Source: an uncultured bacterium
GTDB lineage: Bacteria > Patescibacteriota > Minisyncoccia > Phycocordibacterales > GWA1-40-21
Direction: 5' to 3'
DNA: 64,000 nt
NCBI GenBank assembly: GCA_963716205.1
Contig: OY970290.1
Coordinates: 175,417 to 239,416, forward strand
Under the pieces are notes generated by a model, which was not told the origin of the DNA, searched no databases, and was given only the letters and a program-made list of their open reading frames with translations. Both the position numbers and the translations under genes were made by a program. Every line of letters starts with the position of its first letter. The first letter of the stretch is position 1. This document shows, piece after piece, positions 9,911 through 19,550 of this stretch.

Positions 9911-10801
9911 ATGGTTATTATCAAACGACAGATCAAAATTCTCATTTTTGTTTTATTATTCATTATTATCGCTCCGCTCGTAGTGCTTTATGCAAACGGC
10001 GACATTTTTGCCGATGGATGGAATATTCTTCCGACTGGCGGCATTTATGTGGAAAAAACCCCGACTGGCTCTGAAATATATTTGAATGGAAAATTAAAAG
10101 ATACGACAAGTTTTTTCAGCCGGAATTTTCTCATCAGAGATCTTGAGCCCGGGAATTATCAGGTTTCGGTCAAGAAAGATATGTATAATTCGTGGACGGA
10201 AAAAATCTCCGTTTCGACCAACTTGGTTGCCGATGCAAGCGTATTCATGCTGCCGGAAAAAGTGGATCAAAATGGCATTCTAAAATATTTGACTGCCGAT
10301 AATAATATTGCAACATCGACTATTACGAAAAAGAAAAATCCGGAGTATTCCGAAATATCGGAATTATTTGCCACCAGTTCGCTCGTCACTGTCGAGAAAC
10401 CTTTTTCGACTTCGACGATTGATTTTACGGATAATTTTGGCACAGATTATTCGCCGATCATGGATAATCAGCTCGGTTTGTGGCAGAAAAACGGAAAGAT
10501 ATATGTTCAATGGTTTGGCGATGACGATTCAGCGCCGGAATATCTCTGCAACAAGTTGGACTGCACCGAGTCACTACTCGTCTATGACAACGCAAGCGTG
10601 CCGACATCAATCGGTTTCCTGCCGGGATATTATGACGCCATTGTCATTGCTTCGGGAAATAAAATTTTTGCTGTTCAAGCGCAAAATTATTCCGCCAAAG
10701 TTCCACAAATAATTTATCAGGGCATTCATCCGGATTTCAGAATTCACGACGGAAATCTTTATATAAAAGACAACGGCGTTTTGTTGCAAGCGGTCATCTG
10801 A
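9911..10801 (+). CDS. membrane-anchored PEGA-domain protein, hypothetical
   Basis: Start at ATG 9911 (MVIIKRQIKILIFVLLFIIIAPL TM helix); FLIRDLEPGNYQVSVKKDMYNSWTEKISV resembles the PEGA domain; directly downstream of the GT2 gene. Confidence 0.5.
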   Translation: MVIIKRQIKILIFVLLFIIIAPLVVLYANGDIFADGWNILPTGGIYVEKTPTGSEIYLNGKLKDTTSFFSRNFLIRDLEPGNYQVSVKKDMYNSWTEKISVSTNLVADASVFMLPEKVDQNGILKYLTADNNIATSTITKKKNPEYSEISELFATSSLVTVEKPFSTSTIDFTDNFGTDYSPIMDNQLGLWQKNGKIYVQWFGDDDSAPEYLCNKLDCTESLLVYDNASVPTSIGFLPGYYDAIVIASGNKIFAVQAQNYSAKVPQIIYQGIHPDFRIHDGNLYIKDNGVLLQAVI

Positions 10802-10841
10802 AATCTTTTGATTTTCAGCCAATTTTCGCTATAATGGGCGG

Positions 10842-11582
10842 ATGGAGAAAGATGCTGAAAAAACGATTCATATCCACCCGATTACGCGGGTTATTGACGA
10901 TATCGCAAGGATTTTTTCTGAAATGGGTTTCGCCATTGTCGATGGACCGGAGCTTGAGACGGAATATTATAATTTCGATGCTTTGAACGTACCCAAAGAT
11001 CATCCGGCGCGCGACATGCAGGATACGTTTTGGATAAAAAACAAGCCGGGATTTTTGATGCGGACGCAGACGAGCAATGTGCAGATTCATTTCATGGAGA
11101 AAAACAAGCCCCCGTTCAAAATCATCTCGCCGGGAAGAGTTTTCCGGAATGAAGCGACTGACGCGCGGCATGAAGCAATGTTTCATCAAGTCGAGGGACT
11201 TTTGGTGGATAAAAATGTTTCCTTGGCGGATCTGAAATCAACCATTAATGCTTTTTTTGATAAATTTTTGGAAAAAGATGTCGATGTCAGATTTCGACCG
11301 AGTTATTTTCCTTTTGTCGAGCCCGGTGTTGAAGTCGACGTGACGTGCTTCAAATGCAAAGGAAAAGGCGAATGTCAGCTCTGCGGCAGCTCCGGCTGGC
11401 TTGAGCTCGGCGGAGCGGGAATGGTGTATTCGAAAGTTTTGAATGGTGTTGATATAAATCCAAACGAATGGCGCGGTTTTGCTTTTGGCGTCGGAGTGGA
11501 TCGGCTTGCAATGCTCAAATACGAAATAGATGATATCCGACTCTTATATTCTGGCGATCTGCGTTTAGTCAATCAATTTTAA
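10842..11582 (+). CDS. pheS: phenylalanine--tRNA ligase alpha subunit (short N-terminus, Bacillus-type Cys knuckle)
   Basis: 246 aa; [19 protein letters not shown]...[11 protein letters not shown]...[40 protein letters not shown]...[15 protein letters not shown] class II motifs. Confidence 0.9.
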   Translation: MEKDAEKTIHIHPITRVIDDIARIFSEMGFAIVDGPELETEYYNFDALNVPKDHPARDMQDTFWIKNKPGFLMRTQTSNVQIHFMEKNKPPFKIISPGRVFRNEATDARHEAMFHQVEGLLVDKNVSLADLKSTINAFFDKFLEKDVDVRFRPSYFPFVEPGVEVDVTCFKCKGKGECQLCGSSGWLELGGAGMVYSKVLNGVDINPNEWRGFAFGVGVDRLAMLKYEIDDIRLLYSGDLRLVNQF

Positions 11583-11583
11583 T

Positions 11584-13950
11584 ATGAAAGTATCTTATAA
11601 CTGGCTCAATGAATATTTGAATGGCAAAGCGCCGAAGGCAGAAAAGGCGGCGGAGCTTTTGGATATGCATTCAATGGAAGTTGAAAATGTTGAAAAAGTC
11701 GGCAGTGATTTTGTCTTGGATGCGAAAGCGACGCCAAATTTGAATCACAGCTGCCTGTGTCATCGGGGGATTGCGCGGGAATTGGGAACCATCGTCGGAA
11801 TAAAAACAGAAAAATATTCGAGGAAGTTTAAGGATTTTGATACTGCAAAAACTTCAAAAAATTTTGTTGTAAAAATTGCTGACCCAAAATCATGCAGGAG
11901 ATATATTGGTAGGATCGTTGAAAATATCAAAGTCGGTCCGTCGCCAAAATGGCTTGCTGAAAAGCTTGAAATGATTGGTCAGCGATCGATCAACAATGTA
12001 GTCGATGCAACAAATTTTGTCATGCTCGAGATTGGTCAACCAATGCACGCGTTTGATGCAGATAAACTGGATAAAAAAGATATTTGTATCAACGTGCAGA
12101 ATGCAAAAACGGGAGATATGATAACAACACTTGATAAAAAGGAAATGGTTCTCAATGAAAATATTTTGTTGATTACCGACGGCAAAAATCCTTTGGCAAT
12201 CGCTGGCATCAAAGGCGGGAATTATGCGGAGCTTGATGCGAATACTACGAATATTGTTCTTGAATCGGCAAATTTTAATCCGGTTTTAATACGAAAAACC
12301 GCGCAAAAAATAAAGATTCAAACCGATGCTTCAAAACGATATGAAAATGATATCACTCCGGAGCTTTGCGGCGAAGCAATGGATATTTTGACGAAGCTTA
12401 TTGTGGAAATTGCCGGTACCAAAGATACAAAAGTTGGCGAGGCGATAGATAATTATCCGCGAAGAGCAAATCCGTACAAGCTTGGTATTTCTGCGCAGGA
12501 AGCAAGCGATATTATCGGTGTGAAAATATCTGATAAAGAAATCGAAAAAATATTCGACCGGTTTGATTTTGAATACAAAAAGGTAAAGCCGGTTGATGAG
12601 GTGTTGAAACTCGCTCAAAGTTTTGTCGGAGTTCCATACAAGCTTGGAGCAAGCATTTCCTATGATGCACCAAAAATTTTCGATTGTTCAGGTTTTGTCA
12701 GTTACTTATTTTCTCAAAGCGGAGTCCAAATTCCAAGAATATCTGCGGATCAATATATTTTTGGAAAAGAAGTGGTGGAAAAAGAATTACAGCCGGGCGA
12801 TATTGTTTTTTCAAATACCGGTGAAGGTAAAATATATTTTGAATCCATTGAATTTTTGCCGAAAACAAAAGTGCCTGGAGGCGTTGATCATTGTGGATTG
12901 TATCTTGGCGACGGAAAAGTGATTCATGCTTCTGAATTGACGAACGGAGTGACGGTAGAAGAATTAAAAAAGAGCAAAAGATTTGGGCATATTGTGGGTT
13001 GTTGCAGAATGTCTGATAATACTGGACGATTTGTCGTAACTGCGCCGGCGGAACGGCTTGATTTGCGGATCAAAGAAGATTTGGCGGAAGAAATCGGCAG
13101 AATCTATGGCTATGAAAAAATAAAAGATATTGAAATACCAAAATTGGCGAAGCCGGTAATGATAGATAAAAGTTTTGCATACAAAGAAAAAATCAGAAGA
13201 ATTCTTTATACTGAAGGTTTTTCAGAAGTAATGAATTATACGTTTGTTGCAAAAGGCGAGATAGAACTTGAGAATCCCTCATCACCAGAGCGGAAATTTT
13301 TGAGAGCAAACCTTGTGAATGGATTGGGTACTGCTCTTATATTAAACACATGGCATGCGGAGCTTATTGAGATGCCACAAATACGGATTTTTGAATTTGG
13401 ACACATTTTTACAGCAAAAGGGGAATACGATCATTTTGTTCTCGGCATTCAAACTCCCGGTATGAAAAATTCATCTGATAAAAAAGATCTCGAATCAATC
13501 ATCAAAATTCTTTCAGAAAAATTGGGCATTGAATTGAAAAAAATAAATACCGAAGAAAATATCGCTGAATTTGATTTTTCTGAAATAATTCAAAAATTAT
13601 CCGAACTCGCGGAATATGATTTCTCGGAAATCGGGAATGAAAATACAAAATTCAAAAAGATTTCCCAATATCCGTATATGATTCGCGACATTGCGGTATT
13701 CACTCCGGAAGGTACAAAAGCCGAAGCCGTGTTTTCAATTATCCAAAAAGAAGCGGGGAATTTGATGATAAAAAATCGCCTGTTTGATGTATTCACGAAA
13801 AAATTTTCCGATGGAAGCTCAAAAATTTCCTATGCGTATCGCCTGATATTCCAATCTTATGAGCGGACGCTTTCCGATGAGGAAATAAATACTATTATGG
13901 GAAAAATCACTAAAAAAATGAATGTTCATAATGGCTGGCAGGTCAGATAA
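11584..13950 (+). CDS. pheT: phenylalanine--tRNA ligase beta subunit with an inserted NlpC/P60 papain-like domain
   Basis: 788 aa; MKVSYNWLNEYL N-terminus, B3/4 (GQPMHAFDADKL), B5 and C-terminal FDX-ACB regions recognisable; residues about 335-480 (nt about 12585-13020) are an NlpC/P60 module (VGVPYKLG, DCSGFVSY, PRISADQY, LQPGDIVF, DHCGLYLGDGKVIHAS) inserted between B5 elements FDFEYKKV and RFVVTAPAERLDLRIKEDLAEEIGRIYGY. Confidence 0.85.
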   Translation: MKVSYNWLNEYLNGKAPKAEKAAELLDMHSMEVENVEKVGSDFVLDAKATPNLNHSCLCHRGIARELGTIVGIKTEKYSRKFKDFDTAKTSKNFVVKIADPKSCRRYIGRIVENIKVGPSPKWLAEKLEMIGQRSINNVVDATNFVMLEIGQPMHAFDADKLDKKDICINVQNAKTGDMITTLDKKEMVLNENILLITDGKNPLAIAGIKGGNYAELDANTTNIVLESANFNPVLIRKTAQKIKIQTDASKRYENDITPELCGEAMDILTKLIVEIAGTKDTKVGEAIDNYPRRANPYKLGISAQEASDIIGVKISDKEIEKIFDRFDFEYKKVKPVDEVLKLAQSFVGVPYKLGASISYDAPKIFDCSGFVSYLFSQSGVQIPRISADQYIFGKEVVEKELQPGDIVFSNTGEGKIYFESIEFLPKTKVPGGVDHCGLYLGDGKVIHASELTNGVTVEELKKSKRFGHIVGCCRMSDNTGRFVVTAPAERLDLRIKEDLAEEIGRIYGYEKIKDIEIPKLAKPVMIDKSFAYKEKIRRILYTEGFSEVMNYTFVAKGEIELENPSSPERKFLRANLVNGLGTALILNTWHAELIEMPQIRIFEFGHIFTAKGEYDHFVLGIQTPGMKNSSDKKDLESIIKILSEKLGIELKKINTEENIAEFDFSEIIQKLSELAEYDFSEIGNENTKFKKISQYPYMIRDIAVFTPEGTKAEAVFSIIQKEAGNLMIKNRLFDVFTKKFSDGSSKISYAYRLIFQSYERTLSDEEINTIMGKITKKMNVHNGWQVR

Positions 13951-13954
13951 ATAT

Positions 13955-14476
13955 ATGAAACTAAACATTCCTTATTATTCGCAATTTTTGGATGTTGATG
14001 ATCAATATTGGTCGCCGCGCGCATGCGGGCCTGTCAATTTATATACGGCGCTTATTTTTTTGAAAAAAGTGCCGGAAAATATGACGCTGATTGATCTCAT
14101 AAAAAAAATGAACAACGATGAAGGATATTATACGAACGGCTGGCGCCACGATGTATTTGTAAACACAGCGCATGAATTTGGTTTATTGAAAGCCCACCGA
14201 GAAGAAAAAATAGATTTTGATTCTGGACTTCTCAAAATAAAAGAAAATCTTGATGCAGGTTTTCCTGTTATTTTTTCTGTAATCAAAAGAACACTTGAGC
14301 AGACAAAATTTCACATGCTCCTTGCGATTGGATATGAACCAGAGAACAACAGGAGCATAAAAGGATTATATTATTACGATCCGGAAAGCACAGATAGAGA
14401 AAAAGGAAAAGATCATTTCGCAACAAAAGAAATGCTGGAAAAAGATTGGCGAAGAATGGCAATATTTTTTCAATAA
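13955..14476 (+). CDS. C39-like (papain-fold) cysteine peptidase domain protein, no signal peptide
   Basis: Start ATG 13955 (MKLNIPYYSQ...); IPYYSQ...W.PRACGPVNLYTALIFL (Cys) and KFHMLLAIGYEP...YYYDP (His) match the peptidase C39-like layout. Confidence 0.55.
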   Translation: MKLNIPYYSQFLDVDDQYWSPRACGPVNLYTALIFLKKVPENMTLIDLIKKMNNDEGYYTNGWRHDVFVNTAHEFGLLKAHREEKIDFDSGLLKIKENLDAGFPVIFSVIKRTLEQTKFHMLLAIGYEPENNRSIKGLYYYDPESTDREKGKDHFATKEMLEKDWRRMAIFFQ

Positions 14477-14510
14477 AAAAGCGCTGAATCCATAATGGAT
14501 CAGCGCTTTT
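14477..14510. terminator. bidirectional rho-independent terminator
   Basis: aaaagcgctgaatcc-ataatg-gatcagcgctttt: 10-bp stem flanked by A-run and T-run between convergent genes. Confidence 0.6.
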
Positions 14511-14521
14511 GCACAAAGTTG

Positions 14522-14794
14522 TTACTTCTTTTTTATCTCGTGTTTTTTCAAATATTGTTCATCCTCACGTTTCTTCACCTCTTTTTCCAGAAGATTCTTT
14601 ATATCTTTTTCCTTGAGATTGTGTTCTTTAGCAATATCTGAGATTTTCCAGCCGGATACATCTTTGATTTGTTTCTTCCACGTGATCATCCGCCGAGCCA
14701 GGTCCTCAATATCCATTTTGAGTTTTTCTTCCCCAATTTGTTTTGGATCTCTCGGTAATTCCTTCTTCCCAAAAAGAAGTCTTTTAATCACCAT
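14522..14794 (-). CDS. hypothetical small protein (possible HTH)
   Basis: 90 aa minus-strand ORF; WKISDIAKEHNLKEKDIKNLL resembles a helix-turn-helix; Lys/Glu-rich tail. Confidence 0.35.
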   Translation of the reverse strand: MVIKRLLFGKKELPRDPKQIGEEKLKMDIEDLARRMITWKKQIKDVSGWKISDIAKEHNLKEKDIKNLLEKEVKKREDEQYLKKHEIKKK

Positions 14795-14942
14795 AACGCG
14801 ACCCTCCCTTTTTAATGATTCTTCTACTTTTCACAATAACATATTATTATAAATAATGCAACTTTTTTATCACCTTTTTCACTTCCATTCTATTGTCAAA
14901 ATGCTATAATTAGAGCTATAAAAGCGATAAACGTTTTCATTT

Positions 14943-17018
14943 ATGCCTAAAGAAAAAGAGTCAAAAAAACTGCAAAATCAAGGAAGTTATGATGCCAGTT
15001 CCATTCAAGTCCTTGAAGGTCTTGAGCCGGTCAGAAAGCGACCGGGCATGTATATCGGTACGACGGGTCCGGATGGTTTGCATCATTTGATAACCGAGAT
15101 TTTTGACAATTCGCGCGATGAAGCGATGAATGGTTTTTGCAATCATATCGAGGTGGTTCTCCTGCCGCAAAACAGAGTGCGAGTGACGGACAATGGCCGA
15201 GGCATTCCCGTTGACATCATGAAGCAGACAAAAGTTTCCGCACTCGAGACGATCATGACGACGCTTCATGCTGGAGGCAAATTTGGCGGAGAAAAAACGG
15301 GATACAAAGCATCGGGTGGTCTTCATGGCGTCGGCGCATCGGTGGTCAATGCACTTTCCATTTATATGAAAGTCGTCGTGCACAAAGACGGCGGAATTTA
15401 TTATCAGGAATATTCAAAAGGAAAGAAAAAAGCGGCGGTGAAGAAAATCGGCAAGTCCGACCTGCACGGCACGATCGTCACCTTTGAGCCGGACGCGGAA
15501 ATTTTCAAAGAGGGAATCGTTTTTAATTTCAATAAAGTTATTTCGCACATGCGGCAGCAGGCGTATCTGGTGAAGGGATTGAAAATTTCGGTCATTGATG
15601 CGCGGGAAGTTTCGGCAAAAATAAATGACGAAGAAGTATTTTATTTTTCCGAGCTTGGAATCGAGACACCGTCCGAGTCATTTTATTTTGAAGGAGGACT
15701 TTTGTCATTTGTGAAATTTTATAACCAGATGCAAAAGCCGATCCACAAAAATGTTTTTTATGTAGAGAAAAAAGCGACCGGCGTAGAATCCGTCGAAATC
15801 GCACTGCAGTATGTCGACGATATCTCTTCGCGCATCATGGCGTTTGCAAACAATATTGAAAATCCGGAAGGCGGTGCGCATGTGACCGGCTTCAAAACAT
15901 CCCTGACGAGAAGTCTGAACAATTACGCAAGAAAAAATAATATCGTCAAGGAAAGCGAGGATAATTTTACTGGCGACGATGTGCTTGAAGGCTTGACCGC
16001 AGTCATTTCCGTCAAAATTCGCGAGATTCAATTTGAAGGACAGACGAAAGCCAAGCTCGGCTCGGTGGAGGCTCGCGGCGCGGTGGAAGAAGTCTTTAGC
16101 GAAGCATTTGGCGCATTTCTCGAGGAAAATCCAGATGATGCCAGGGCTATAATTTCCAAAGTCATTTTGGCTTTGCGCGCAAGAAAAGCGGCAAAGGCTG
16201 CAAAGGATTCCATTCTTCGAAAAGGCGCGCTTGAAGGCATGACATTGCCGGGCAAACTTGCGGATTGCCAGTCGAAAGACGCGACAGAGTCAGAACTTTT
16301 TATCGTTGAAGGAGATTCCGCAGGTGGTACTGCCAAGATGGGTCGCGACAGAAAGACGCAAGCTATTTTGCCTTTGCGCGGGAAAATTTTGAATATTGAA
16401 AGAGCTCGACTCGACAAAATGCTTGACTCGGAACAGATTAAAAATTTGGTGGTGGCGCTCGGCGCGGCGATCGGCGATACGTTTGATATTGAAAAATTGC
16501 GATACCACAAAGTGATTATTGCGACCGATGCCGACGTGGACGGTGCACACATCCGCACACTTTTGCTCACACTTTTCTACAGATATTTCAGACCGCTCAT
16601 TGATGGCGGACATATTTGCATCGCTCAGCCGCCGCTCTACAAAGTGAAGCTCGGTAAAGCAGTGCATTATTTTTATGATGACAAGGAAAAAGACGCGTTC
16701 TTCAAAAAAGAAAAAATTTCCGATTCTGAAGTTTCTGAAGAATCGAGCGAAGAAAATTCTGAAGTTGAAGCTGAAACGGAGACTGAAAATAAAAAATCAC
16801 CGAAGCTTTCTGTTCAGCGTTACAAAGGTCTCGGCGAAATGAATGCCGAAGAGCTCTGGGAGACGACAATGGATCCAGCGAGAAGAATGATGAAACGCGT
16901 GCGGGTGGAGGATGCGCACGAGGCGGACAAAATTTTTGATATGCTGATGGGCACGGATGTGCCTGCGCGAAAAGCGTTCATCCAATCGAATGCAAAGCTT
17001 GCGAATATTGATATATAA
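14943..17018 (+). CDS. gyrB: DNA gyrase subunit B (type IIA topoisomerase ATPase subunit)
   Basis: 691 aa; SYDASSIQVLEGLEPVRKRPGMYIGTTGPDGLHHLITEIFDNSRDEA (GHKL ATPase), EGDSAGG and PLRGKILN Toprim motifs, acidic insert before the C-terminal tail. Confidence 0.9.
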   Translation: MPKEKESKKLQNQGSYDASSIQVLEGLEPVRKRPGMYIGTTGPDGLHHLITEIFDNSRDEAMNGFCNHIEVVLLPQNRVRVTDNGRGIPVDIMKQTKVSALETIMTTLHAGGKFGGEKTGYKASGGLHGVGASVVNALSIYMKVVVHKDGGIYYQEYSKGKKKAAVKKIGKSDLHGTIVTFEPDAEIFKEGIVFNFNKVISHMRQQAYLVKGLKISVIDAREVSAKINDEEVFYFSELGIETPSESFYFEGGLLSFVKFYNQMQKPIHKNVFYVEKKATGVESVEIALQYVDDISSRIMAFANNIENPEGGAHVTGFKTSLTRSLNNYARKNNIVKESEDNFTGDDVLEGLTAVISVKIREIQFEGQTKAKLGSVEARGAVEEVFSEAFGAFLEENPDDARAIISKVILALRARKAAKAAKDSILRKGALEGMTLPGKLADCQSKDATESELFIVEGDSAGGTAKMGRDRKTQAILPLRGKILNIERARLDKMLDSEQIKNLVVALGAAIGDTFDIEKLRYHKVIIATDADVDGAHIRTLLLTLFYRYFRPLIDGGHICIAQPPLYKVKLGKAVHYFYDDKEKDAFFKKEKISDSEVSEESSEENSEVEAETETENKKSPKLSVQRYKGLGEMNAEELWETTMDPARRMMKRVRVEDAHEADKIFDMLMGTDVPARKAFIQSNAKLANIDI

Positions 17019-17030
17019 ATAAAATAATTC

Positions 17031-17066
17031 AAAAGAGCGGCGCCGAAGGCGCCGCTCTTTTTATTT
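17031..17066. terminator. rho-independent terminator (agagcggcgcc stem family, copy 1)
   Basis: aaaagagcggcgcc-gaag-ggcgccgctcttttt between gyrB and the convergent minus-strand gene. Confidence 0.65.
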
Positions 17067-17082
17067 TCAATTCATTTTTTGA

Positions 17083-18138
17083 TTAGTATACCATCGCACT
17101 GCACTCGACCGTAATCGTCTGGCCATTTGAGGTGACAGCCACGTTGGCAACTTGAAGTCCAGATGTATCATATGTATGAGTTGCAGTGTTGGTCGTTGAA
17201 TACAATCCATCACTTCCAGTCCAGTTGTATGAGAAGTATCCGTTTCCGCCGGAAGCTGCGACAAACCAGTTGATGGTGCCGCCAGGATAGGTGGTCTGCG
17301 GATTGGCATAGCAATTTGCGTTGATATTAGTCCACGTGTAGATAGTTCCATAACCGGAAGTTGTCGGGGTATATGTACTAGCCGGATACACAGTATATCC
17401 ATATCCGTTTGAATAACTCGTTCCTTCAATATTGAATGGAACGGTCAACGAATTGTTCATTTTATTTGATTCGTCGATAAGATTCAAAGGATCAACGGTA
17501 ATATAGCCGGTATTGATACCTTGTGCAATCGGACTGTCAAAACTTGCAGTGAAAATCATTTCATCGCCTGGATTAATCGATTGCTGATACGGAGAATCAT
17601 AGTTTGGAGTCGTTCGTGAAGGCATTGTCAATCGAAGCGTCCACGGACCAGAAACATTTGTGCCGATATTTCTAACTGCAAATTTGATACCGACAGTATC
17701 GTCTGCACCGGCATATGGAGTTTGGATAAACTGTCCGTTGGAAATGATACCAGTTCCAATCAAGCTGATAGCAAGATCAGGCAATCCATAATAGCTGGCA
17801 GCAGGAGCAACATATGTGTTGGTATTTTGCGGCACTGAATTATTTGCGGTTTTTGTTTGGGTTGGCTGAGTTGCTGAATTTGAATTTTGTGTTGCAGTTG
17901 ATGTTGCAGGAATCAAAGTTGACGAAAGGGTAGTGGCAACGTAGTTTGAACCGGTTGAGAAAAGAGCCGGAATCAATTTGAACGGTATCCAGATGAAAAG
18001 CGCGATGACAAGAATAATACCGGCAGCAATAGCTGCTGTTATAAAATGATGTTTTACCGTCATTGTTGGTGCTGTTTGTGGTGTTATTTTCTCAGGCATG
18101 ATAATATTTTGGATAAATCTATTAAATTTGTAACACAA
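17083..18138 (-). CDS. membrane-anchored Thr/Ser-rich surface protein with CARDB-like domain, hypothetical
   Basis: 351 aa; N-terminal TM helix, low-complexity T/S/N/Q linker, DLAISLIGTGIISNGQFIQTPYAGADDTVGIKFAVRNIGTNVSGPWTL resembles CARDB. Confidence 0.5.
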   Translation of the reverse strand: MCYKFNRFIQNIIMPEKITPQTAPTMTVKHHFITAAIAAGIILVIALFIWIPFKLIPALFSTGSNYVATTLSSTLIPATSTATQNSNSATQPTQTKTANNSVPQNTNTYVAPAASYYGLPDLAISLIGTGIISNGQFIQTPYAGADDTVGIKFAVRNIGTNVSGPWTLRLTMPSRTTPNYDSPYQQSINPGDEMIFTASFDSPIAQGINTGYITVDPLNLIDESNKMNNSLTVPFNIEGTSYSNGYGYTVYPASTYTPTTSGYGTIYTWTNINANCYANPQTTYPGGTINWFVAASGGNGYFSYNWTGSDGLYSTTNTATHTYDTSGLQVANVAVTSNGQTITVECSAMVY

Positions 18139-18204
18139 ACACTATACACTACTTGACTTTTATTGTCAAGAGATTATAATATGACACGTAAATAAGCCAA
18201 AAAT

Positions 18205-18858
18205 ATGAATGAAAATAAGCCCCAAAACAAAATAGGAATCAGGCAGCTCATTTGGAAGCATAAATTCCATTTTTTTCTCGATGTCATTATCGTGTTTTTG
18301 ATAACATTCGGGGTCTTGTACCTTTTTGGTTTCGTTCCGAATGAATTCAACAATACCATCGGCAGATATCCTGACCAGGAATCAAAAGGCAACCAAATCG
18401 GCGAGCTCCCACTTACATTAAGTGCGCCCGAAGTCGGCATTAACACACAAGTCTACAATCCGGACAGCACATCGACTGATGTGCTCGACAGCTGGCTTCT
18501 GAAAGGCGCGGTGCGCTATCCGGGATCCGGACTTCCGGGCGGACAGGGAAATGTTTATATCTTCGGACACAGCACCGGATTCAAAATCGTGCACAATCAA
18601 GCATATAAAACTTTTGTCGGACTTGATGATTTAAAGCCCGGCGATCCGGTCTACCTTGATTCTGCCGATTACCAATATACCTATAAAGTGCAGTGGGTAA
18701 AAATGGAAACTGCGAGCGAAGCGCTTGTCGTTTTCAATACCAATGTAAATCTTCTGACGCTTTCCACCTGCGATACCTTTGCCGCAAAAGAAGACAGGTA
18801 TGTCATGCAAGCGCAATATGTCGGCCGCACGCCGATACCGGCAAGCTCGCAGTCGTAA
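18205..18858 (+). CDS. sortase family transpeptidase
   Basis: 217 aa; N-terminal TM, NVYIFGHSTGF...LTLSTCDTF = sortase TLxTC active-site motif with upstream His. Confidence 0.75.
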   Translation: MNENKPQNKIGIRQLIWKHKFHFFLDVIIVFLITFGVLYLFGFVPNEFNNTIGRYPDQESKGNQIGELPLTLSAPEVGINTQVYNPDSTSTDVLDSWLLKGAVRYPGSGLPGGQGNVYIFGHSTGFKIVHNQAYKTFVGLDDLKPGDPVYLDSADYQYTYKVQWVKMETASEALVVFNTNVNLLTLSTCDTFAAKEDRYVMQAQYVGRTPIPASSQS

Positions 18859-18957
18859 TTTAATTGATTTGACTTTTTAAAGTTTTTATTTTAGTATCGT
18901 TATTCGATAAGTTGTTCTTTGTTGTTTTGTTGAAAACCAAAATAAAGGGAGTACACC

Positions 18958-19503
18958 ATGAATGTTGGAAATCCTCCAGTGTCTTATGATTCTTTAGTCA
19001 GTCAAGTAACGGATGCGGTTCGAATTTTTAGCACCATTCCAGGCTTTGGGCTCAGGAATTGTGGTTTTTTTACGATTCTTGAACCTGGCAAAAAGGCGAT
19101 CACATCTCAAATTGGTAAATGTCCCGTTGAAAGAGCCGAAAAGTATTTTTTACTTTCACAGGAAAAAGCAAAACGGCTTCTTTCTGAAAACAGTAAAGAA
19201 TTTATTGCAGAAGGTGATGCCCATTTGCTGAGTTGGGAAAGTAGAGATCCAACTGCAACCATTGCTGGCCAGCCAGTTGAAGAAAAACCATGGGGAAAAT
19301 GGGGAGGTGCGATTAGAGCGGGTGGCTGCTTCATTTCACTTTCTGGGCTTCCAGAATTGGGAGGTGAAGCGGCTATGATCTACACTGCTTTCAAAGTCGG
19401 ATGGTTGAACAATGAAGCAGTAGGAGCCTTTCATCGAATAAATAACAATGAGTTTTTAAGTTATTTTCCGCCGTTCAAAAACATACTTCAGAAAGTTAGC
19501 TAG
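18958..19503 (+). CDS. hypothetical protein
   Basis: 181 aa ORF with AAAGGGAG SD; no recognised domain; codon usage (tta/aga/gga) somewhat atypical for neighbours. Confidence 0.4.
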   Translation: MNVGNPPVSYDSLVSQVTDAVRIFSTIPGFGLRNCGFFTILEPGKKAITSQIGKCPVERAEKYFLLSQEKAKRLLSENSKEFIAEGDAHLLSWESRDPTATIAGQPVEEKPWGKWGGAIRAGGCFISLSGLPELGGEAAMIYTAFKVGWLNNEAVGAFHRINNNEFLSYFPPFKNILQKVS

Positions 19504-19517
19504 TTTTTACGCAAGAC

Positions 19518-19550
19518 ATAGCGGGGAATTAAATTCCCCGCTATTTTATT
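19518..19550. terminator. bidirectional rho-independent terminator
   Basis: agcgggga-attaaa-ttccccgct perfect stem with flanking A/T runs between convergent genes. Confidence 0.6.
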
